From Toensbergia leucococca (lineage: Eukaryota), in NCBI GenBank assembly GCA_022813965.1, contig JALDZS010000004.1:62001-126000 (forward strand): 64,000 bases of DNA, given 5' to 3'. The position numbers and the translations under genes were made by a program. The notes beneath the pieces are model-generated. The model was not told the origin of the DNA. It saw only the letters and a list, made by a program, of their open reading frames with translations, and did no database searches. How positions within the stretch are numbered: position 1 is the stretch's first letter; each line of letters starts with the position of its first letter. Below, in pieces: positions 13,200 through 24,700 of the stretch.

Positions 13200-13910
13200 A
13201 TGGACGCCACCAAAACCCCCAAATTCGACCCCCCACCCGCTCCACGCTCAAACACAACAACCCCACCTCCAAAATTCAATCAACCAATCGCCCCGCGCTA
13301 CAGCATCCGCCCCCGACCAACACTCGCCCGACGCGCTCTAAGCAACCCAGACAACCAGCTCAGCACACCCTCCCACCCCACGCTCCACCCACCACCAACA
13401 ACAACAACAACCCCAACCCCCAGCCCCCCCCGCCTCCCCTTCAACCGCCCAAAATCCACCTTCCCCCCACGCCCCTCCCTCCTAAACCCCACAAACCCCC
13501 ACACGGGCACCCCAAACCCAAACCCCTCACCCCACTCCTCCCCCTCCCCCTCCCCCTCCCCCTCACCACCACCCTCACCAACCCAACCCCCCACGCTCCT
13601 CCACCTCCTCGCCCTCGAATCCTCCCACCGCGCCTACCTCGCCGCCTACCTCGTCGCCAGCACGCGCCTGCAATCCCTCGAGCACGAAGCCCGCCTCGCC
13701 TGGGCCGAGGACGGGGCCAACGAGCACTTGGCGGAGATGTATGCGCTCGAGGGGCGGATTTTGGAGGTGAGGCGGGAGAGGGAGTGGTGGGGGGGGTTGT
13801 GGAGGAGGGGGTGGGAGGGGGTGGAGGATGCGTGGGAGAGATTTTTGGGGGGGTGGCGGGGGGATGAGGAGGGAGGGGGGAGCGTGGAGGATGGGGAGGG
13901 GGGGGAGTGA
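13200..13910 (+). CDS. Hypothetical protein: Pro/Thr-rich N-terminus with a helical C-terminal segment
   Basis: ATG in strong ACCACCATGG context and 236 open codons. The C-terminal LLHLLALESSHRAYLAAYL..EHLAEMYALEGRILEVRREREWW looks helical, but the ORF lies in an extreme skew island that depletes stop codons. Confidence 0.5.
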   Translation: MDATKTPKFDPPPAPRSNTTTPPPKFNQPIAPRYSIRPRPTLARRALSNPDNQLSTPSHPTLHPPPTTTTTPTPSPPRLPFNRPKSTFPPRPSLLNPTNPHTGTPNPNPSPHSSPSPSPSPSPPPSPTQPPTLLHLLALESSHRAYLAAYLVASTRLQSLEHEARLAWAEDGANEHLAEMYALEGRILEVRREREWWGGLWRRGWEGVEDAWERFLGGWRGDEEGGGSVEDGEGGE

Positions 13911-14259
13911 GGGAGGTTTTTTTTGGGGTGGGTGGTGTGTGGGGGGGTTTCTTTTTTGAGAGAGAGAGGGAGGGAGGGAGAGAGATGTGGTGACGAAATT
14001 GGGGGGTTTCTTCTGTGGGAGGGGTCAAGGGTTAGGGGTAGTAGGCTAGATGGATTGAGGGATTGATGGATAGGTAGAGGGAGGGATATGATCGCCTAGA
14101 CGCTACCAGTCCTTTTGATGTTTCATCACATCTCTTCTTTTTTTCCCCCCGTCATCTCTGGAAGTATGGCGCGTGGGTGGGCTTTTGGCAAATCGACAAT
14201 TTTCCTCGCTTCTTCGTGACGTACGACGTACGTTCTCTGCGCCCTTTGCGGCGTAAGAT

Positions 14260-14287
14260 CCTCTCTCTCTCTCTCTCTCTCTCTCTC
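14260..14287 (+). repeat. (CT)n microsatellite
   Basis: About 14 uninterrupted CT units. Confidence 0.95.
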
Positions 14288-14714
14288 ACATCCTGGCGGT
14301 GGAGTCTGAGCATCTACTCCCTCGCTTCTTTGCCGCCGGATCGAGAGCGGGATTCGGAGGTTGAGATTAGTACGGGCACCTAGGGTGGGCCGGGGGGAGG
14401 GGGGGTTGAAGAAATGCAGATGTGTTCTTAGAGGGCTTCTAGGGTTGGGGATAGCAGAAGGGGTATGATAGGGGCGTTTTGCAATTGGGGGTGGGGAAGA
14501 TGATCGGCGTTTTTTCCGGTTCTTTAAGTCGTTATTGATGTTCGGGGACGGGGACGATTATGAAATTGCAGCTCTTCCTTCGATGCTTTGAATCCCCTGC
14601 GGTTTGGGAAGCTTTTCAGATGGAGATACCAAGATTCGTTCCATAGCCCTGCGGCATCTTCAAAAGTCATCACAGTGGGAACTACACACACGTGGACGCA
14701 AAAAAAATCATAAA

Positions 14715-16640
14715 TTACTCAATCTCCAATGTCTGATATATGCCGCCGTTCCTGGCCATGGCGTCCTCCACTCTCTCCATGATGGCCAGCACCTTTTCTT
14801 CCTGTAGCCGCTGGCCGACTACTTGGACTGCGACGGGCAAGCCATGCATTTTGTCTGCGTCGTAATGGATATATGCGCCCTTTGCCACGCCGTTCAAGTC
14901 CTTGAAACGAAACGCGGAAGGGAGTTGATCGAGGGATTTGTCGACATGGGTTACAGGAATGATGCCACAGGTATAGTCCAGCTTTTCATGGGTCAGTATA
15001 GAATCAGAAGTGGTAGAAGTAAGAAAATGTGGTCATCACCCACCAGATTGAACAAGAAAGTATAACCACAGCTACTGACAGCGTCCTTCATCCCATCATG
15101 AGGTACAGCAGGTGTGGCATTCGGCGGCGTCAGCATGAAATCAATCTTCACTTCCTTTTCCCACCAATCGTGCCATCTAGCCTTGTACGCTTCTCTCTTT
15201 GCAACCCATTTCCACTGCTCATATGCACTTTTCTCGTGAAAGTCCGCGAGAAGTCCAGCCCAGATACTATCCTGACGTATGTATTTCACCCAAAGATAGT
15301 ACAGATATCTGATGGGACGCGGAACTTTCATGTACAAGTTCATCTGTGCTGCTCCTGGATCGTCCCATTCCCCGGTACGGAAGAACGAGCGGAAGGTCTT
15401 GCAGCCGTCAGAGTTGAGAAGTGTAGATGCAATGACGAGTGCTTCGTATGGCGATGGTGGATCGACGTCGATAACTTCGTGTCCTTCAGACCGGAGGGCA
15501 GATGCAACTTGCTCTAGGGCACGAGCACATGCAGGGGCAGGATCAACGACTCCTGAGCTTCGTCAGGAAACAGCAAGTCAGAGGGAGCCTCAAGTGATGT
15601 GCTATTCATACCATCAGTCCTTAGCACGCCTACCTTGAATTTCATCTTTTCTTTCGCTTCCCGCTCTTGAGATTCCCGCCATTCAATCGGATGAACGCTG
15701 TGATCATAATTCCAAGGCTTCATAGAGATTATGCTCTTTGAAAAATAGACAAGGTCTCCCAATGTTCTCGCCATAGGACTAAAAACGCTCGGAATACCCT
15801 CTTGACCGGGCATGCTTGTGTTCATTCCCATTTTGGGCCACCGTCCCGTCGAGCATCGTAATGAGTATATTCCGCTGAAATGCGCCGGCGCACGCACTGA
15901 ACCAGCGACATCGGATCCAATTCCAATTCGACCACCACCGTATGCTAGTAGAGCGCCTTCTCCGCCTGTGGAGCCACCGGGGGAATACTTCGAGTTATGG
16001 GGATTAGTACATCGGCCCCAAACATCGTTTGTGGACTCGAATGAGAGAAGAGTGACTGGGAGATTCGTTTTGACATATGGAATAGCTCCTGTAGCGAGTC
16101 AATATGCCAATGATTCCATGGTATCCATGATTACACAAGTCTGACCCGCGTCTTTCAGAAGCCTTGCTAGTGTGCCATCCTGCGCATATGGTTTGCCGGT
16201 ATTACAAGAGTATCCCACACTGACATCAAAGCCCCCAACGGCGATTGAGTCCTTCAAGGACACGGGTATTCCTGCCAAAGGGCCTTTTGCATTGATTCCT
16301 GTTTCGGCCCACTTTTCGGCCTCAGGAAGCATGACTTCGGTAAGACAATTTGTCTTCTCATGTGCTCTTATTGCCAGCTTGCCGTATGTTCTCAGGATAT
16401 CAATGGGCTTTCGGACATGTTTGTGCACATCCTGAACGAGCTCCTCGATTGGCTTGGATAGTATGTTTCTCTCTTGCGAGGTGATGGGAGAGAGATAATT
16501 TGGGGGCAGATTGGCTATCCTTGTTGCTCGCTCGAGCTGCTTTCGTTGGCTTTGGTAATGATCAGCTTGTTGTAATTCTAATAGATTCGAGAGACCGACC
16601 AAGCCCGCCGATGCTCAAAGAAATCAAAGGGCGGTAACAT
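14715..16640 (-). CDS. Amidase signature family enzyme (acetamidase/FAAH-like), 5 exons
   Basis: Start MLPPFDFFEHRRAC at 16640. GPLAGIPVSLKD, YVKTNLP, PGGSTGGEGAL and GSDVAGSVRAPAHF carry the Lys-Ser-Ser catalytic motifs, followed by GYTFLFNL and GLPVAVQVVGQRLQEEKVL. Four GT-AG introns. Confidence 0.93.
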
Positions 16641-17790
16641 GATGAGCGTCCAGATTGTATGCCACAGTGTACTCTGAATTCAACGGTGAACGGCTCCAAG
16701 GAGAGGGCAGGGTCTCGTGAGGGGAAGCTTGATTATTTGATTAGGATGGACTTTCTTCATGGGGATAGCTTCATTTTAAAGCCCGCCTCGCATGATTTCC
16801 GAGCTTCCTCAACTCGAAACATCTTCCGACGGTTATCATCACCATTTTCTAGCACTTTGGCGTCGACGAGTTCTTGATATTATTTCAAACAATGGCCGTC
16901 TCTTTCAATCGCATTATCGTTTGGATCCAACATATCAAATATCGTATTCGTACTCCGTATTCATAGGGCTAAACCTTTCAATTCCGACTAAAGTGCCTTT
17001 TCCAACCAATAGTTAATAATCTAATCTACTCTGTTCTCATCGTCGAATGCTCCATCGTCTCCATAACATATCTACGATCTAAATACAGCTTGTATCAGAT
17101 CGATTTATCTTGCCAAGGACACCAACAAGAATGGCTGGGTATCGGAAGTGCAATGAAACAGCCTGTCGCCTTGGGAAAGCAGAATCAAAAAAGCAGTGTT
17201 GTATTCTTAGAAGCACAGAGATAGACTAGCAAGCCTTTGCGACACAGCTTCGGTTTCTCCCCCTGCGAACCCCTCCACCTCTCGACAACGTCTATGGCTG
17301 CCAGTAGCCGCTGCGTCATGATCAAAGCTTCAGTAATGAACCTAAGCGCTGGCCTCGGCACGACCCGACGAGCCTCATCCTGCGTCTGATCCACCATTGG
17401 CTGAATCAATTCTTCCCGAAAGACATGGCGAAACCTCTAATCAAGCTCAGGTAAATAAAGAACATTTTAAAATATCTTTGTTTGGAAGGAAAGACAGTCT
17501 CAAGCTGCGGGCTGGAGGTAGTTGAGTACTTAAGCTGGATCCAAGTACATCGAAATAATCTCCATCATCAGCAATACAATTTCAATCACTCAACAAATTT
17601 CCTAAAGTCTTCGTCTTTGATTTGTTTCCTATATTCTTGCCTTCTGTTTCGACATTCACTACAATTTGCTCACGTCTTTCTTTCTCTTATTCGTATCGAC
17701 CTTTCCAGCCAATTCTTGATCTCACCGCCGAATCTACTCCACTGCCACTTTCTTTTATCAAATTCATCATCGTCTCTATACCTCTTCCAA

Positions 17791-18469
17791 ATGGCTGGAC
17801 CCGCCTACGCTGCCCTCGGTGCGACTTTCAAAATCGTCCGGCTGCTCCAAGCTATCTCCATGATAGGTATCATTGGAATGACTGCCAATTTCATCTCCGA
17901 CATGGTCTCTAGCAACATTACTCCACCCAACGTCCTCATTGGAACACTAAGCGTTGTAGGTTGAGTCCGGACCAGGGACTCGGTCACACTATTAACATTG
18001 GTACACAGACTTGCATAGCTGTGCTCTACTGCGCAATAACGTACATTCTGTTTCTCGATGATATTCTACCCTTCCTCATCAATACAGGCATGGACGGGAT
18101 GCTACTCATCGCTGTAGTTGTCGTTGCAGTCACTATTGGCAAGCCTCTTTCCTATTTGAATTGCCAAGTCATTGGTTCCAAAAGCGCCTCCCAGTCGGCT
18201 TATGACTTCACGGCGGCGCTTGGAAGCAACCTCAATAAGGAGGGAGGCCAACTCGACTACAGCAATTGGATTGGTGCCGACAAGACGACGTGTTTCGAGA
18301 TGAAATCCATCTGGGGTTTGAGCATTGCATTATGGTGGGTGGTATGACGATATCTGGTGTCATGTATATCTAACAAAATAACAGTATTCTTTTCGCGTTC
18401 TCGGCCATCTGCAGTGTTTGCCTTTGGCGTCGAAGCAAGGCCGTGGCGCCTAAGAGCATTGAAGGCTGA
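17791..18469 (+). CDS. Small 4-TM fungal membrane protein (MARVEL-like topology), 3 exons
   Basis: MAGPAYAALGATFKIVRLLQ.. start. Introns 17956-18008 and about 18334-18383 give a continuous frame ending ..APKSIEG*. Four hydrophobic segments and GKPLSYLNC. Confidence 0.8.
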
Positions 18470-19980
18470 GCGTTACTACGGTGGTAATATTTAGTTGGAA
18501 GCAGACAAAATGGAAGAAATATTAGAAGATAATACAACGGGTGGGTCACATGGGGCTTTGGCGCACTGGCTGGAGAAGACGGAATGGGGTAATACCAAGA
18601 TTCATGATTCCAACTAATAGACTGCTACATACCTAGCTGATAATGACTACTATCATGCTTTCAATAGTGAATGACGTGTCAGGACCGGAGCGCTTGATGG
18701 AGTGTGAGAGTAGTGCGTACTAATCAGAATCTTTATGACTACCTTACCGGTACCTACTCGGATACAACTACAAAGGATGTCGATCTGTGATGTCAAGCTT
18801 TCTGTTGGTTAGTAATGCTCATGAAAGGTCCAGAGTTCCAGAGCCGACGTTCCGGCAAATGTGGCAGTCATTGGTCTAATTAACAGAAAGCTACCTACTG
18901 GGCGATGCAGAAGCGGACCCCTCGGGTCGGACATTGGAAATAGGTAGAATAGTGGTGAAGATGAGGCGTCTGCAGGCAGTACCAATCTCGGCCAATTAGC
19001 TTCTCTGTTAGCAAGATTATGATGAGTGGGAAAAAGCAAGGCCTCGAACACCAATCATACACACAGATGATGAAAAGCAACAACAATGTCACAAGATGGC
19101 ACTTGGCATGGCAGGTCCCCATGGCGATGGATAAACGAGGCAACTCAGCAATAGGCGGACCCAGCAGTTTGGTCGCTGGGATTTGGCCGGGATAAATCAT
19201 GATAAGAATGGGGTAACGAGAATGTGGCTGATACCGAGTACAGAGTAAGGTAGGGTGAAGGTTGGTAATTGGGCATGAAATGACGCCGTCACTCCAATCA
19301 TTGTCTCACCATTTGAAAGAAGCTCAACCATACAAGATTGGGTAGCTCATCGGAGATAGCAAGAAAGCCGAAGTAAAATTCATGTCATCGTCTTTTCCAT
19401 TTCTTTTCATTACATTACTTGTACAATTCGCTGAGCTCACCTGGAAAGTGAAAGGTTAGCAGACGGCACTCACGGCCAGATGACTGCTGTGGGTCTCGTG
19501 AAGTCGTGGCTGAATTTGGCGATGTGCAGGGATGATGGGTGATGGGTAATGGATCCTTCGGCCGGGATATCTTACCATGGCACGGGGTCCCTCACCACCT
19601 CATCCTCGTAGCTGACTAAGGCTTGCTTTAGCTTTCTTCACGACCCTCGACCGACAAAAATTAAGTACCTTACTCCTTAGGTACCTTACCTTACCTTACC
19701 ACTTACCTACCTTAGAGCCTATCTTAGGTACTTGCATTGAAGGATCTTTCGCTTTCCTACGCCCTTTGCAATGTAATCACGAGCAAATTGCCAACACTGC
19801 AATTGCCGCTAGTATGTAATTGTCGCCCTGATATCAGACAACGGCCTTCCAGAGCCATGGATCCACTTTCGTCCACTTCCCTTTCTTTGTCTGCAAACGT
19901 CTTGAAAGCATATTCGTTTCGCTGGTCATTAGACACATTCAGCTCTGTTTTTCACCCCCGCATTGAGCCTTTAGGCTTGC

Positions 19981-21513
19981 ATGGCTTCCAGTAGTCAGCA
20001 AATCCCTGTTGTGAGTCTTACTTTCACTCAACTTCTTTTCTACTGAGACTGATTGTATCAGGATCCCGAATACGAAGCCATTGCTGACGACGAGTCAATT
20101 CTTGGTGACTCGTCGTAAGAGCAAAGTCTCTTGGAGACATGCTGCTGAATTCATGTTGACATGGTCCACAGACGTATCTCCCTTGCAACTTCAATTGGTC
20201 GATATCGCTATGAAAACGGCAGGAGGTATCACGCTTACCGTATGCTTCCTCAAGGCTTCCGCTGATGCATCACTCAATCTGAGTCTTCGCTAACGTGTCC
20301 TAGGAGACGGCCAGTACTGGGCCCCAAATGATGATATGCAGAACGCCAACCAGACCATCTCGTAGGCTCTCTTTTTAATAGTACCCTGGCCGCACCTTGA
20401 GTCGCTGACGAGTACCCTCAATCAAAGGCATCATCTTTTCCTTCTTACTCTTGCCGATAAGCTCTTTCTAGCACCATTAGACGCTCCAAGGAGAGCTATC
20501 GACATTGGTACTGGTACCGGTATCTGGGCATTGTGAGGCCACTTGGAAATATTCTCCTTGATCCTGTCTTCTCATACTTTTCAGAGATTTTGCAGATCAA
20601 TTTCCTGATACCACCGTAATCGGTCAGTAAGATAGCATCGAAGAGCCCTCACCTTTTACATACTCACTCTTAAAAATCAGGAACCGACCTCTCTCCTATT
20701 CAGCCTGATTACACTCCCCCGAATGTCCATTTTGAGATCGACGACTGCTGCAGCGTCTGGACATACCCAAACGATCATTTCGACTTTGTTCACATCCGCC
20801 TCATGTACGCCAGCGTTGCTGATTGGCCTGCTCTTTACCAACAGTGCTACGAGTAGGAATTCCACAGGCATGAAAGTCCCCCAAAATCGAAATCACTAAT
20901 ACCTTTCTCGTTCCAGGCATCTCGCTCCTGGAGGATACATTGAGCAAGCCGAAATCCTCCCCGTACCTAGGTCTGACGACGGCTCCATCACCCCAAACGA
21001 TGTGTGGGACCGGTGCGGCAGATTAGCGACTGCGTGCGGCGAACGGATTGGGAAGACGATGCTAGTGCAGGAGCGTATGAAGGATCTAATTGCCGCGGCT
21101 GGCTTTGTCGATGTCGTGGAGACTGAGTTCAAATGGCCAATTGGTCCCTGGAGCACCGATCCGAAGATGAGGGATTTGGGCATGTGGAACCTGCGCCGCT
21201 GGGATGAGGGTTTCGAAGGCTGGATTATGGCGTTGTTGACTAGGCACATGGGGGTGAGTACCCCTGTCATCGTATTCTTTTGTTCAATCATTTGCCTCAA
21301 GAGGAACAATGAAGCGCTGATACGAATGTTCTATCGGAACAGTGGACATATCAGGAGGTGAAGGCGTGGGATTCGGAAGTAAAAAAGACGATTAGAGATC
21401 GGAGATATCATTGTTATCAGGATGTGTATGTTCACCTTAATACTACCAGAGCCTCAATCTTCCACCAACTAATAATCAATAGAAGCGTTGTGTATGCTCG
21501 TAAACCTTTGTAG
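19981..21513 (+). CDS. SAM-dependent methyltransferase, LaeA-like (Llm/TAM type), about 10 exons
   Basis: Hand-spliced: MASSSQQIPV|DPEYE..|..YRYENGRRYHAY|..YWAPNDD..|..DIGTGTGIWA|DFADQFP..|GTDLSPIQP..FEIDD..FDFVHIR..DWP|HLAPGGYIEQAE..WPIGPW..|..VYARKPL*. All nine introns are GT..AG. Confidence 0.9.
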
Positions 21514-21779
21514 TGTATTCCTCGTCCTTTCTTCGTTTACATAGTTGTGAAACATCTTTACTCTTTTCTTCTAATTGAGCGCTTTTCCGTTGGCCCTGTC
21601 TCATTGCATTGTCAGAGGCGTCCAATCTCTTCTACAATCAACCATACACTTCACCATACATACTCTCGCCCGATCATTTTCCTTCAATCAACCCTTTTCC
21701 AAGTTCTACATATCCTCTCCAATTCCGTTCCCTTAATTAAACGCCCCTCCAACCAAATAATTACATCAAACTACCATAT

Positions 21780-23870
21780 TCATACCAACCTCTTCACACA
21801 TTCTCCCACATACAAAAACCCCGGACCCGACCGGACCTTCCACTCGGGAATAAAAAAAAGACATCCCCCCTCCCCTGGACCCATCTTAAACCAAAACCAC
21901 GCTCTCTAAAACAAAACACCTGCCCTCTTCTCTCCTGCGAACCGCAACCCTACCCCCCAACCCCCAAACCCTGTCATCGAATCCCTACGGCATCTATTCA
22001 TCTCTATCCATCTCCCCCCCTTCCCTTCTCCCTTCCTCCCTTCCCTTCCTCCCTTCCTCCCTCCCATCCCATCCCTTCCTTCCCTCTCCCCTCCCTCCCC
22101 CCAACCCCTCAATCCCACGCCCCCTCCCCCCCCCAAGAACCCTATAGCGCCAGAGGTGGGGGGTGGGGTGGGTGGGTGAATGAGGGAGAAATTCTGCTTC
22201 TTGCAGCCGATTGGTTGTAGGGAAGTCAATTCCACCCTTTTTTACTAAACGAGCTCGAATGTGGTTACTTGATGCTTTGCAAGTTTTTTTTTCTTTTACT
22301 TTGGGCGGGATTTTTTGTTGTTGTGTTTTTTTTTTCTTGCCCTTTTGTGGGGAGGGAAGGGAAGGGGAGGTGCTGGCTTTTGAGTCAGGTCGGGGAGGAA
22401 GAAGGGAGGAGGGGTTTTTGAAGGGTTTGTTTTGTGGTGGGTTTGTTGGGGGTTATGGGGTTTTTTTTGGAAGGGAGGGAGGGAGGGAGGGAAGGGATGA
22501 GGGGATGGGGGGTTTGTTGGTTAGGCAGGGGGGGCTTTTGTGTGGACGATGCGTGGGTTTTTGAAATTGGAATTGTGTCCCTTTTTGTTTTCTTTTTGTG
22601 TGTGTGTGGGGGGGGGGGAAGAGAGAGATGGAGAGAGAAAGGGATGGATGTCCTTCCTTGAAAAATTCTTGCAGATGCTTAATTTTTTTTTTTGGATTTG
22701 GATTTGGTCTGGTTGGTTCGTTTGTGGAGGTTTTGAAGGAGTTGGTACATGCGTAAATTTTTTGGTTGCATGGATTCCCTCTCTCTTCCCCCCTCTTGCC
22801 CCCCCCACACCCCGGCATTACGTCAAACGAACTACAGAACACAAATACAAAAACAGGTTCTACACCTCCCTCCCTGCACACCTCCCCCAGCTCCGGCCCC
22901 AAAAATCCAAAAAAAAGCAAAGAAGGTCACGCAAAGGAAAGAAAGAAAGAAATGATCTGGTTTCTATGATAGGTGTTCAGGGCTTGAAGGAAGAGGGGAA
23001 GGAAGAGGCGTAGGCGGTTTTTTGGAGGGTTGAGGATGTGGGTTTTTGAGGTGGTAGGGAGGGGGATGAGAGGGAAAAAGGGGGGAAAGAAGGAGATGGG
23101 GCATCATCTTCCCCGGGGGAGATTTTTTTGGGCCAAGGGGAGGAAGAGTGGGCGGGGAGATCACTATGTTTTTGAAGGGGGAGAGGGGGGCGTTTTGTGG
23201 GGTTTTTGGGGGGGTTGATGGGGTGAGTTAGTGGTGAGTTGGCTTAGGATTGGTTTAGTTTGGTTGGGTTGGGTTGAGATGAGTTGAGATGGGTCGAGCT
23301 TGAGGGAATGCTGTGTTTCGGTGTCACGGAGTGTGGTGGGTGTTGATTGAATACCTCTCTTTTATTTTTTTATTTTGTTTTTTTTGATGATAGGGAGAGT
23401 GAGGAGAGAAGGGGAGGTGGAGATTGGGCTTTGGGTGGTGGATGGATTGGTTGCGTGTTCTTGGGAACGTTTGTTTGGTTTGGTCTGGTTTGGTGTTGTG
23501 TTGTTTTGTTTTTTGTGGCATCATGGGTTTCGTCTAGTTGCTTTTTGTTTTTATTGGGAGTCTTGGTTTTGGATTGGGGGGGTTTGAGATTATGTGAGAG
23601 GAGGGAGGAAGGGAGGTTATTGAGAGGATGAAGTCTTTCTTTTCTTTTTCTTTTTCTTTTCCTGTTAACTTTTTGAGGGGGGCGGGCGGCGTGAGTAGAG
23701 GTGTAGGTAGCTGAATGGTTTGATGGAATGACTGGTTTGGAAGATTTGGGAACTTGGGGATTTTGGAGAGTGAGCGAAGGAGGAAAAGGGGAAGGAGGGA
23801 ATGTGGGTATTTGGTGAAGTTGGGGTTCAAGACGTGAGTGAGAGGGCGAGTAGGTGAAGGGATAAGTGGT
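21780..23870. repeat. Low-complexity, strongly strand-skewed region with polypyrimidine/polypurine tracts, G-runs and T-runs
   Basis: C/T tract at about 22000-22135, GGGA repeats at about 22470-22500, and many G and T homopolymer runs. No credible protein. Confidence 0.8.
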
Positions 23871-24089
23871 AGTGAATCAGAGTTTTGGGTCTATTCAAAG
23901 AACTTATGGTCGAGAGATAGGTGAGGGGGAACATAGTTCTGAGCATCAAAGGACCAAGTTTATTTCCAAGGAAAGACATACACTTCATTAATTCTGCAGC
24001 TAAGTTATACTCAACTAATACATCCCTTATCTCCATCTTCGCATCCTCCCATATCTTCCTGCTTTCCCGCCCAGCCAAATACACAACGT

Positions 24090-24700
24090 CTAAGACGGTG
24101 GCAATGTATCAAAGGTAGTCGCCACCTCAGGCTCCCAGCTCAGCTTGGCCTTGCCGAAGATCTCGGCGTGGGGCTTGAATTCTTTGCCACCGTCAAGGAG
24201 GATGGTGCGGACGACGATTTTGTCACCCATGACGGTTTGGTGGTGGTAGATGTGCGTAGTGCCTGATATTTGATGAATTTGTAGTGATTAGTGTTTGTGT
24301 TCTTGTTTAAGGAATATGAGGGAATAGCTTACAGTTGGGGCAGTAGTAGCAGTTTACTGCTTTACCTGGTAGGAGAGAGGTAGTGTTAGTTGGAGAAGGC
24401 TTCAAGAGGGGTGTGGGAAGTACCCGAGTCGCCGTAGTAGGTGTAGGTTTTGGGAGATCCTTTTGTGACTTTTATGTCGGATTCAGGAATGATTTGATTG
24501 AGGGAGTAGGCGCCGCCGCCTAGCTTCTTGCAGGTGTCGCAGTGGCTGATAGGGTTCGAGGAAAGTTAGTTTGTTTTGGGATGAATTGGAAGGGTTGTCT
24601 TATAAAGCTGGATGGGATACCAGAGAATGTGTGCGGTATCCTGAAGTTTGGCAGTCCATTCGGTTTCGCCGCAATGGCATTTACCGTTGAAGGTTGTCAT
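24090..24700 (-). CDS. GFA / CENP-V / Mss4-like Zn-binding protein, 4 exons (absent from ORF track)
   Basis: Hand-spliced: MTTFNGKCHCGETEWTAKLQDTAHILC|HCDTCKKLGGGAYSLNQII..YTYYGDS|GKAVNCYYCPN|CTTHIYHHQTVMGDKIVVRT..EIFGKAKLSWEPEVATTFDTLPPS*. Carries CxCG, CHCxxC and CxxC motifs. Confidence 0.9.

Noticed and set aside
21906..23830. Numerous 60-157 aa ORFs in the low-complexity region
   Set aside because: Compositional artefacts (G/F/V/W- or P/K/T-rich) caused by stop-codon depletion.
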